Of a DNA stretch of 64,000 nucleotides, positions 1 to 8,574 are shown piece after piece (within the stretch, counting starts at the first letter, position 1; every line of letters starts with the position of its first letter). Origin of the DNA: Escherichia coli (GTDB taxonomy: Bacteria; Pseudomonadota; Gammaproteobacteria; Enterobacterales; Enterobacteriaceae); the NCBI RefSeq assembly GCF_030013205.1, contig NZ_CP122648.1. One strand, 5' to 3'. The notes below the pieces were generated by a model. The model did no database searches. It was not told the DNA's origin and saw nothing but the letters and a program-made list of their open reading frames with translations. The position numbers were made by a program, and so were the translations under genes.

Positions 1-447
1 CTGAACACTTTCAATTTCGTTATCATTTGAAATAGGAGTAATACAACCATTTATTATGGTATAACCAACGCCATGCTTTTTAAAGATGGAATTGAGATGC
101 TTCGATAGATTAATATATGAATTAGTTCTCTCAATGATGAACTCAATTAAATCATATACCAAATACCATGCTTCCCCATATATATAATCTCGGATAGCAG
201 TCAGCAACGTCTTATCACTTTTGTATCCACTTTCATAACGAGGAATATTATCCGCAGGTTGATTTAGATAATATATCCACACAGACTGCGCACATTTTGT
301 TGCTGTAGCAGTTTGACGATTGTTAGTCCAAAGGAAAAGATATAAGCAATTCCACAATGCCATGCGTGTATCAGAATTAAGATCATTCAGCTGGACATGC
401 TCTCTAACGTCAACATGACCATACCTCACAGAAAATGGCTTTATCAT
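1..447 (-). CDS. hypothetical protein, N-terminal ~149 codons only (gene runs off the window start)
   Basis: ATG at 445-447 on the minus strand opens a stop-free frame to position 1 (MIKPFSVRYGHVDVREHVQLNDLNSD...). Absent from the ORF track because it has no stop in the window. No family recognised. Confidence 0.35.
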   Translation of the reverse strand, partial: MIKPFSVRYGHVDVREHVQLNDLNSDTRMALWNCLYLFLWTNNRQTATATKCAQSVWIYYLNQPADNIPRYESGYKSDKTLLTAIRDYIYGEAWYLVYDLIEFIIERTNSYINLSKHLNSIFKKHGVGYTIINGCITPISNDNEIESVQ

Positions 448-977
448 TCTTCCCCTGCCTGATTGTTATGTTCGTTTAAATTATGCAGTCTAAGTTTGAT
501 ACAATCATATATTAAGCAATAGAATCCATAAAGCCCCGTTGGTGGTAAGACAACAAGCGGAGCCTCTTGCGACTTCATCAGGGTTATGTCAGTTAGTGAG
601 GCTTATCAGGATGACCATGTACCCAAGGGGAGCGAGGCCGAACCGCTGGCAGAGCTTGCATATGGTCTGCAAGTACCGTGACCACCATAAACCTGTTTAT
701 CCCCTGCGGCGTCTCGCGACGGCGACAGAATGGGGGCATCGGGCTAAAATGCGCTGCACTAAAAGTTTTGGGATTGTTTAGAGACGGTGGCTACGTCATA
801 GCTTTCAAGTTGAGTCAGTACGTGTTTGACGCTTGGAACGACACGCCGCTATGAGTTAACATCCCAATTACCACTATCAACCACAGCGGCTTTTTCAAGG
901 GACATAACAGAGCATTTCTTACAGGCAAAAGAGACAGATTTAATCGTCTAACTAACTGTATTGTAAGGAATTTAGTA

Positions 978-1005
978 ACTTGGTGCCGAAGGCCGGACTC
1001 GAACC
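978..1005. repeat. 28-bp direct repeat of the leuX 3' end (island att site, distal copy)
   Basis: acttggtgccgaaggccggactcgaacc is identical to 8292-8319, which covers the 3' end of tRNA-Leu. Classic att duplication of a tRNA-integrated element. Confidence 0.85.
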
Positions 1006-1484
1006 TAAGTCTCTATAACCTGCTGTAATCACGTTCCTGTTAGCTGTTAAGAGAGCAATCGTAGGACCTTTTTGTTCTAGGGGCTACATATTAAGTTTGA
1101 TCCGCTGGACGGAATCAAACCGAGTGTTCGTGGCGGCATAAAACATCAACGTGCCATACCTGCCTTTTAATGTTTCTGGAGGTCTGCCGAGTCGGGAGGA
1201 AAGAACATTTGTCAGCTATGTGGACGTTGAATAAACGCCACTGCGTTCGGATTTTGAAACCAGTTAGACCCCGGCAGACCTTGTTCAGAATAACTATTTA
1301 ACTCAATGTTATTTATATGAATTAAGCCATTAAGAGCCAAAGCGAAACGCCACCGTAACGCACCCGCATTTTGCTGTTTTATTCACTCTTATAGAAACAA
1401 AGGGCTGATGAAACATAAGACTATCAGCATCTAATGAATACTGTTCATCCATACAGCATAAAAATTCATAAACTTACACTTGAG

Positions 1485-1949
1485 CTACTTTCTCAGTTTG
1501 TCCCACCGAACCGCTGATACGATACCCCAGTTGCCGCTAGGATTAGGCCTACGCCATTTTGCTGTCTCCATGCTACGAAGATACTCAAGAGCTTCAGCAA
1601 ACGTGCCAAAACGCTTCTGAGCCGCTTTATCACCTACGCCAAACGAACCATCACGGGTGCTCGCCAAACCGGGGTGAAAACAGGAACCATCGGCTGCGTA
1701 TGGAACCAACAGTTCCGAGTCGTTATCTTCAGATGGGCCAGGCGCTAACAACTGCCACGGCTCAACGCTCAGAGCGTTAGCCAGCACCTCAATCGCATCC
1801 AGAGACGCATTAGAGCCACCACGTTCAATTCTGCTCATATAACTACGTGCAAACCCGCACCGATCGGCAAAGGCCTCTTGGCTCAATCCGGTGGCAATGC
1901 GCAGTTCTTTTACCCGCTCGCCAAACTGTATTCTCAGGGATTTTTTCAT
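1485..1949 (-). CDS. XRE-family (Cro/C1-type) HTH transcriptional regulator with ~90-aa C-terminal domain of unknown function
   Basis: HTH_XRE motif IQFGERVKELRIATGLSQEAFADRCGFARSYMSRIERGGSNASLDAIEVLANAL. Start placed at internal MKKSL; the ORF track extends to 2042 but the extension precedes the HTH and looks spurious. Confidence 0.7.
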   Translation of the reverse strand: MKKSLRIQFGERVKELRIATGLSQEAFADRCGFARSYMSRIERGGSNASLDAIEVLANALSVEPWQLLAPGPSEDNDSELLVPYAADGSCFHPGLASTRDGSFGVGDKAAQKRFGTFAEALEYLRSMETAKWRRPNPSGNWGIVSAVRWDKLRK

Positions 1950-2199
1950 GCACTGAATGTGCAATTTTGACCACTGTAAGGCCACGCTCCATATGAGATA
2001 TTTTGAATCCAATCTCACTTCAGCGAGCTTAGTCACTAGCATTCATCGGCTGTATCATGACAATCCTTTTTGATTCAAAACAAACACCAATGGTGACATT
2101 TAAAACCCAACAAGTATGATGATCATCATCGGTTGGGCGTCACCAGCGTTCGCTATCAGGCGCGATGTGGTTTGGAAAGTGAGGGAATCATGACGGGAG

Positions 2200-2684
2200 C
2201 AGACTTTTTATTACCGATTGCAGCGGGAGCCGCGATTAGCTGGGCCAGTTATAGTGTAGTTGCCCATGCTGTATCAAAGCAGCACATCAGCACGCTACGC
2301 GCAACTGTATGGGGTGCTCTGGGCACTCTCTCATTGGTGCTGGGCGTATGCGCCTTTTCTGCTGTAGGTGCTGAGCATCAGACAGCACGAAAAGATATCG
2401 TATGTGCAGATGACAACCCGGAATGCTATGCGAAAACGCACCATAACCCGGTCAGGGAGTGCAAAAAGGTAATGGATGAGAAAGCGAAGTTTCGCCATGT
2501 GTGGCAAGAAAGCGAAGCGCCTGTATTTAATACTTATCTCTGGCACGATGAGAACGCGAAGATTATTCAGGCATTTGGGCAACAAGCTAAGGTAGTTAAC
2601 AGCCTGGGGATGCTAGCTCCGCTTCAATACTTTTGTGTTTTCAACGCAAAAACAGGAGAAGTCATTGCGGCCTCTTTCGAATAA
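2200..2684 (+). CDS. hypothetical membrane protein: two N-terminal TM helices plus Cys-containing soluble domain
   Basis: Start at MTGADF (ATG 2200) preceded by GAGGGAA RBS. Hydrophobic helices LLPIAAGAAISWASYSVVAHAV and VWGALGTLSLVLGVCAFSAVGA. No family recognised. Confidence 0.55.
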
Positions 2685-2744
2685 AAATGTGAGGGAATTC
2701 ACCCTAACATCAAAAATAAACTTATGTAATGACCTCGCATTTAA

Positions 2745-3590
2745 TTATTCATTTAAAGATTCAAGAAATGTCCAGCCTTTATGAGTAACATAATACATTT
2801 GTCCTTTTGCCCCTCTTTCAATCACAAAATCAAAGGATAACAGTTCGTTAAGTGCGCCCTCCCAACGGGCTACCTCTCTAGCCGAACTTCCACCAAAGGA
2901 TTGATTTCCCGCTTGAATATCCGTGCCACCTAAATGCCTTATCACATAAATTGTTCCGCTATCATCGACACATGCTAATTTCAGCAAACTGAGTGCATCG
3001 GCGGACAAATTACTTTCTGGCAAAGATTGACTTGTATTCGCATCAGGAGAATTGTTAATGGTAGATATAAGAGAAGACAAATAAGGGCTACTAGAAATAA
3101 TTATCGAAAGTTGCCTACGGACTTTTTCTTTGAAATCAGATAAGTCATTAAAAGACTCTATCAATCCCTTTTGCATGCACTCAGTTTTGAACAATTTAAG
3201 AGACTCATATTGTTCTCTATCAAGGCTTTCAGGGGCAACAGGCTTTGAGGAAAAGTAAATCATTGCCGGTTTTCCCGCATTCAAATGACGGTGGATTTCT
3301 TCGACTGTTCCGCTGGCCTCGTTCCCAGTCGGTGAGCCTAGACGAGTCCAAAACACACCGATTAATAAATCACAATCTACTAATAATCTTTGATTAATCA
3401 ACTCCTGAGGCCTAACTCCTAATTCGGGTGATGTATGAGTTTCCCATCCAATTGGTGTCAACATTACTTTTGAACGAGCTGAATTTATATCATTCCACTC
3501 ATGGATCATTTCACGAATGACTTGTCTCTCTTCAGCGACATCACCAGGAGAAGCAATCATTACAGGGATAACAGTTGCTGTGTAAGCCAT
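2745..3590 (-). CDS. hypothetical protein with DUF4062-like (TIR/flavodoxin-like) N-terminal domain and unknown C-terminal domain
   Basis: 281-aa ORF; N-terminal motif VIPVMIASPGDVAEERQVIREMI resembles the DUF4062 signature (hydrophobic strand-S-x-D-x-EER) from memory. GGAGAG RBS 7 nt upstream; start is 14 bp downstream of the recombinase stop. Confidence 0.5.
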   Translation of the reverse strand: MAYTATVIPVMIASPGDVAEERQVIREMIHEWNDINSARSKVMLTPIGWETHTSPELGVRPQELINQRLLVDCDLLIGVFWTRLGSPTGNEASGTVEEIHRHLNAGKPAMIYFSSKPVAPESLDREQYESLKLFKTECMQKGLIESFNDLSDFKEKVRRQLSIIISSSPYLSSLISTINNSPDANTSQSLPESNLSADALSLLKLACVDDSGTIYVIRHLGGTDIQAGNQSFGGSSAREVARWEGALNELLSFDFVIERGAKGQMYYVTHKGWTFLESLNE

Positions 3591-3603
3591 AAACTCTCCA
3601 TAT

Positions 3604-4164
3604 TCAATCGGTAATAGCTGCTACAGTCGCTCTTGAAACGCCATATTGACGCGCTAACGCACTGATACTCAAACCGCTATTCTTTTTCTCTAAAATCTCT
3701 CTACGGGCTTCTGACGCGATTTTAGGAGGTCTGCCCAATTTCTTACCTTCGGCTTTTGCTCGTGATAGTCCCGCCTGAGTGCGCTCAATCAGCAGATCAC
3801 GCTCCATCTCCGCAACCGCGGCGAGCATAGATAATAGCAACTTCCCAGCGGCAGAAGTGAGATCTGTGTTACCAAGCTGGTGGACAAGAACCTTGATATT
3901 ACGGTCAGCCAGCGCCCTTACCGTTTGCAAGACGTCAATCGCATCACGCCCCAGACGATCAAGCTTCGCTACCACCAACGTTTCACCATCGCGGATTTTA
4001 TTGAGCATTTCAGAAAATGCTTTACGTTGCATTGCCGGAACCTTCCCGCTAACAACATCGGCAAACCAGTAATCAATTTGCCACCCAGCCTGCCCAAGCT
4101 CCAGCCGTTGGTTCTCAGTATCCTGCTGCGATGTCGAAACACGTCCGTAGCCAAAAGTTGCCAT
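3604..4164 (-). CDS. small serine recombinase (resolvase/DNA invertase family)
   Basis: MATFGYGRVSTSQQD catalytic-Ser N-terminus, ...LDRLGRD..., C-terminal HTH (LSISALARQYGVSRATV). Start at internal Met; the track extension to 4233 precedes the conserved N-terminus. Confidence 0.85.
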   Translation of the reverse strand: MATFGYGRVSTSQQDTENQRLELGQAGWQIDYWFADVVSGKVPAMQRKAFSEMLNKIRDGETLVVAKLDRLGRDAIDVLQTVRALADRNIKVLVHQLGNTDLTSAAGKLLLSMLAAVAEMERDLLIERTQAGLSRAKAEGKKLGRPPKIASEARREILEKKNSGLSISALARQYGVSRATVAAITD

Positions 4165-4355
4165 TGTTATCTCCCCATCTGACCCCTGCCAGAAAACGAG
4201 GCCAACATTAGGATGGCCTGCCAGAAAAGCCAAGGCTATTTTTCCAACAGTGTGAAAGCGTGCGATTGGGAGGTGCCAGAAAACGGTCGTTTGTTGGCGC
4301 TTAAAACGGATAAAGACATGTTAGGCTGAAACCATCACTTCATAAGGACAACCGA

Positions 4356-4823
4356 AATGATTAAAGACGCGATTTTTCACCGTGCGGTCAATATCGCTAC
4401 TCGTTATCACGAGTCTGGGACGAATCAAAACCATATGCCCTTTTCATAGGGCTAAACCCTTCATACGCCGATGCTGAGAAGGATGATCGCACCTTGAGCC
4501 GCTGCATATCGTTTGCCAAAAGCAGGGGCTACGGTGGCGTATACATGGCCAACCTGTTCGCATTCGTTCACACCCAGCGACATGAAATGATGAAAGCGTC
4601 TGATCCCATTGGCAAAGATAACGATAGCCACTTGATACGTCTTGTTAGCGGTGCCGGACTGGTTGTCGCCGCATGGGGAAATGAAGGAAGACACCTCAAA
4701 CGCTCAACGACCGTCCGACAGCTATTGCCAGAGAGCACAATGTGCTTCGTCTTAAACGCTACAGGTGAGCCGAAGCACCCTTTGTATATGAAAAACGACA
4801 GTGTTCTCATACCTTTAGGTTAA
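4356..4823 (+). pseudogene. DUF1643-like gene, apparently frameshifted
   Basis: ATG near 4356 gives MIKDAIFHRAVNIATRYHESGTNQNH... then a stop. A different frame carries the conserved core ...FIGLNPSYADAEKDDRTLSRCISFAKSRGYGGVYMANLFA... through to the stop at 4823. One frame change around 4410-4440 is needed to join them; exact position uncertain by a few nt. Confidence 0.5.
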
Positions 4824-5828
4824 CATCGATAACTGCGTTCAGAATATGAACGCAGCCATATGATATATATGACTTTTCTTTAAAATGATGGTGTGCTAGC
4901 TTCTCTCCTGACACCTACCTCATGCGGTAAACCGGTCCGGGTAGGTGGAGATCACCGCTGTTTAGCGGAAGACGTCAGGATGGGAACTCTGCGTAACGTT
5001 GATTGTGGTAGGTAGGGCGCGCAAGCGTTTGATGCAGCCAAGCAGAGGGTGAAAGTAGCTATCGGCGGATTCTTGAGTAGCTTCTTTTGCGCATAATGCA
5101 TCTTTCAAGAAAGGTCGTCACACCACGAGGAAGACTTGATCTTCATCTGGCAAGGGGAACCGAGCAACCTACAGGCTATCTTCTCAGATGGCCTTATGGT
5201 TGATATGTCCGGCTTCCCCCCCGAGGAAGGGTTTACATCTTAAAGAACAAGTTATGTTTTAACATTTTTAACAATTACACTTCTCTGCTGTTTGGTGTCT
5301 TATGGCGTTGCCGTCAAAAGTAAACCTGCCGTTTTTACCTCTCCTGCGTAACAACCAAATACGAACCAGAAGCTGCTAACGTTCAACGTGTTCGCGGTGT
5401 AAATGCAGCCAGATAAGTTGGGAGCGAAAAAGTGGATGCCCTAGGTTTGGAAGCGCCCCTCTCAGGCATAGCGTCCGAAAATTTCCACGGCGGCAGGCTT
5501 ATCCTTATAGAGCCAAACAGACTCAAAAGTTAAGAAGCGCGGTAAAGCTTAAAGCTCGCCCAGATTTCTCATTGATTGCTCGAACTCCGCTACGCTTGTT
5601 TCAACTGGCTTCGCCAGTCACTCTATGAGAGCGCCGCGAATTCTGCACCATGATTTCGACTACCTTCTTTAAAACACTCGCCAGAGAGCCTTACAGCGCG
5701 TTTGAACCGCATATCGCAGCTTTTGCTTACGGATGACTGTCTGATTAGCAGTAGCTTCATGGCCCAGTCCGGTTTACTTTATTGCTATCAACAAGGGAGC
5801 CGTCCAGAGGCGACGCGGAGATAATGCT

Positions 5829-6161
5829 TTGAGAACCGTCGAGATACTGCAATACACCTTACGCAAAGGCAGCGGTGCCGCTTTTCACGCCATTATGCAG
5901 GAAATCAGTGTTCCCCTACACCAACGCCACGGGATCGATGTTGTTTCGTTTGGTAACTCTCTGCATGACCCGGACTGCTATTACCTGATTCGCGCCTTTG
6001 TCAGCCCTAAAAGCATGACTACGGTTCTCGACGCTTTTTACGCAAGCGATGACTGGCGCAGCGGCCCGCGCGAAGACATCATTGGCAACATAGAGGCCAG
6101 CATTAAAACAGTGATAAATCTACCATCAGAAAGCGTAGAAGGGCTGCGGGTGCAATCGTAG
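5829..6161 (+). CDS. NIPSNAP/dimeric alpha-beta-barrel-like small protein
   Basis: 110 aa, TTG start with GGAG 8 nt upstream. Sequence pattern (EILQYTLRKG...YYLIRAF...DDW) resembles the NIPSNAP family from memory. Confidence 0.5.
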   Translation: MRTVEILQYTLRKGSGAAFHAIMQEISVPLHQRHGIDVVSFGNSLHDPDCYYLIRAFVSPKSMTTVLDAFYASDDWRSGPREDIIGNIEASIKTVINLPSESVEGLRVQS

Positions 6162-6293
6162 GTCATCAAGTTTCACCAAACGTGTTTTGAGCGTCTCCAA
6201 ATTCAGCACTATGAAATCCACCACCCTTAATAAAAAACGCGCCAGGAAGCGTCCCAGCGCATTCAAGCATCACTCAACTGAATAGTAACTGAT

Positions 6294-8246
6294 TCAACCT
6301 GTTTGTTTGCCACGCTTTCTTCGCAACGCATCTCTGACAGCATCCAGCCCGTCAGGAATGTTGAATTCCGCTATATCAGGTAACGAAAAATCAATTTTCT
6401 CCACGACTTCAATCATATGAATTGGTTTGAGGTCTTTGCTATATCGCACTTCCGTTTCAGTTTCGCCGCGCACATGCCCAAGTAGCTGCGCTCGTAATTC
6501 TGAGCTAACGCCCTTCTCCTTGAGCAAAGTCGAAACTGAGTGGCGAAAAGAATGGAAAGATTTGCTTCTGTTCCTCTCGAGTTTCAACCGCCCCGCAAGC
6601 AACGATTCATTGAACCATGCGGAAACTGGCCTACCATAGCCTTTTGTTTTATGTGGTTTAAGCTCCGGGAAGAGACGGGTATACCCTGCATCTTTTAAGG
6701 CGTTCACGTAGTCGATGAAACCGAGACTAATCAGCTTTGAATGGAGCGGAATCTTGCGGCGAGCATTAGCATTTTTGAGTTTCTTTCCGCTTTCATTATC
6801 GCTTTCAAGGTTCAAATAATAGACGCCGTCGTCTGCCAGAACATCACTCAGCAGTAACTGAGCGATTTCATTAACTCGCGCCCCCGTCATCAAGCCCAGC
6901 AAAGGTGCCCAATAGTTAAACGGGCAATATTGATGGAATCGCCCTTGCGCATTGCGTTCAACAGTTCCAGCCTCAAACCACGGTAACGAAAAAATCGCTT
7001 TAATTTCATGCGGTTCAAATATGTCAGTGTGATCCTGATCTCGCTCATCTTTATCATCGGATGGAAAAAAGTTTTCGCATGGCGATTTCAGTAGCTTACC
7101 GTCAGCAACAGCCCACTTCATTGCACCATAAATGCCGTTGATATACTTCCTAACGGATTCCTCAGTCATCAATTTATCGCCGCATTCTGCCGCTTTGGCG
7201 ATTAACTGATCCAGCGTTTTCACTCCATATTTAGCTTTGACTAAATTACGGTTTGCTGGGATCGTGCGCAGTTTGCTCTCATAAGCCCGGAGGAAATCGC
7301 GATCAAAATCTTCCAACTGAATGTCACCCATCGCTTCGATCATAAAGCTGAAATAGTTACGGATATCACTTATAGCCGACTCCGATACCTTGCCCTTGCG
7401 CCGATGCTTTAGATATTCAGAGCATAACCACGACAGATTCTTAGTGTAATACTTTCGATTAACATACTCGTTATCGATAGTAGGGGCAGGAGCGGCAAGA
7501 GGCACGGTAGGATGAACACTAGCGACTGGAGGCGTGGTCTTAGCCAGCCAATCAAGCCTTAGGCTTTCTGCATGGACTTTATTGATCAAAAGCGTATCGG
7601 GTTTAATTACCGGCCAACCGGAGGTGAAAAACCAACCGCCTTTAGCGTCGCTTCCGGCAGTTTTGAACACCGAAGCTTCTGAATAACCGTCGCTAATAAT
7701 GTTACGTAAATGTGCTGGTTGCGCAGTGAGTTGCAGATAGCCTTTAGCAACCCCCTCGATACCCTTCTCTTCGCCATAATTAAGAACGTAACTGCCATCA
7801 AGCGGGTCTAGCTCAGCCTCAGAGAGCGCTGCAACATAAAAGCCAGCCTGCCCCGTCGCCAGCCAGAATACGGGCAGATTACGGTTCATCACCGCCTGTA
7901 TTAATTGCGCAACAGGCAACTCAACTGACTGAGCAAAGTTAGAAAGCGAGATCATACCCTCACCAGCAAGCAGCGGGGCGCAGTCACTTAAAGTTCGATA
8001 ATCCAATTGTTCATACTCTTGTAAGGTCTGATACCAGACCGCCAACAGGAGCGCGGACTTCTGCTTTGCTTCATGAAGATCGTGAGTGCCTGTTGAAGTG
8101 TGAATCTCACACTGTCCTGCGTATCGACGAAAACGTTGGGGAATGCTAATGCGGACAACATAAATGCCGCTGGTTCGACGATAGAGTTTATATCGCTGAG
8201 ACATCGCCTCGTATACCCTTTTGTAAGAGGGGCTACGCGATTTCAA
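6294..8246 (-). CDS. tyrosine-type site-specific integrase (650 aa, unusually long)
   Basis: C-terminal catalytic region HSFRHSVSTLL...LLGH...; lambda-like arm-binding N-terminus (YKLYRRTSGIYVVRISIP); directly adjacent to tRNA-Leu. A ~250-aa central region is of unclear homology. Confidence 0.85.
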   Translation of the reverse strand: MKSRSPSYKRVYEAMSQRYKLYRRTSGIYVVRISIPQRFRRYAGQCEIHTSTGTHDLHEAKQKSALLLAVWYQTLQEYEQLDYRTLSDCAPLLAGEGMISLSNFAQSVELPVAQLIQAVMNRNLPVFWLATGQAGFYVAALSEAELDPLDGSYVLNYGEEKGIEGVAKGYLQLTAQPAHLRNIISDGYSEASVFKTAGSDAKGGWFFTSGWPVIKPDTLLINKVHAESLRLDWLAKTTPPVASVHPTVPLAAPAPTIDNEYVNRKYYTKNLSWLCSEYLKHRRKGKVSESAISDIRNYFSFMIEAMGDIQLEDFDRDFLRAYESKLRTIPANRNLVKAKYGVKTLDQLIAKAAECGDKLMTEESVRKYINGIYGAMKWAVADGKLLKSPCENFFPSDDKDERDQDHTDIFEPHEIKAIFSLPWFEAGTVERNAQGRFHQYCPFNYWAPLLGLMTGARVNEIAQLLLSDVLADDGVYYLNLESDNESGKKLKNANARRKIPLHSKLISLGFIDYVNALKDAGYTRLFPELKPHKTKGYGRPVSAWFNESLLAGRLKLERNRSKSFHSFRHSVSTLLKEKGVSSELRAQLLGHVRGETETEVRYSKDLKPIHMIEVVEKIDFSLPDIAEFNIPDGLDAVRDALRRKRGKQTG

Positions 8247-8294
8247 GCAAAATTATGGATTAAATTGTTTTAAAACAACGACTTAGATAAGACT

Positions 8295-8379
8295 TGGTGC
8301 CGAAGGCCGGACTCGAACCGGCACGTATTTCTACGGTTGATTTTGAATCAACTGCGTCTACCGATTTCGCCACTTCGGC
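8295..8379 (-). tRNA. leuX: tRNA-Leu (CAA), leuX
   Basis: Reverse complement reads GCCGAAGTGGCGAAATCGGTAGACGCAGTTGATTCAAAATCAACCGTAGAAATACGTGCCGGTTCGAGTCCGGCCTTCGGCACCA (85 nt, CAA anticodon, CCA end). Confidence 0.95.
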
Positions 8380-8574
8380 ACTGAAGAGGTATGCGGAAAA
8401 CGTTGTGGATTATACCTGTCGCACGCCACCATGCAAGCGCCAGCTTGCACCCACCTCGCTAAGTGCTGAAATTTTCAGCATTACACTCAGCGATATGTAA
8501 CCTTTGTCACACTCCAGGCACCCCGCCCTGCCATGCTCTACACTTCCCAAACAACACCAGAGAAGGACCCAAAA

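Larger units (their letters stand above)
978..8319. mobile_element. leuX-integrated genomic island (~7.3 kb) with tyrosine integrase and uncharacterised cargo
   Basis: Bounded by the 28-bp direct repeat; integrase gene lies immediately next to the tRNA; cargo genes in mixed orientation, one frameshifted. Confidence 0.8.

Noticed and set aside
539-781. 80-aa ORF in the left flank
   Set aside because: No RBS, no recognisable domain, Arg/Pro-rich composition; probably spurious.
2001-2080. 9-bp inverted repeat ttttgaatc / gattcaaaa in the divergent promoter region between the XRE regulator and the 2-TM gene
   Set aside because: Plausible operator, but a 9-mer inverted pair within 250 bp is close to chance expectation; not reported as a feature.
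2200-3590. Match to a 2TM-1TM-TIR type phage-defence system
   Set aside because: A 2-TM protein and a TIR-like protein are present, but they are convergently oriented rather than operonic and no 1-TM partner was found; noted only as a loose analogy.
4824-5828. Retron or group II intron non-coding RNA in the ORF-free segment
   Set aside because: No reverse transcriptase ORF anywhere in the island and no domain V-like motif seen.
8294-8500. 68-aa ORF overlapping leuX
   Set aside because: It reads through the tRNA gene; the tRNA assignment explains the sequence.
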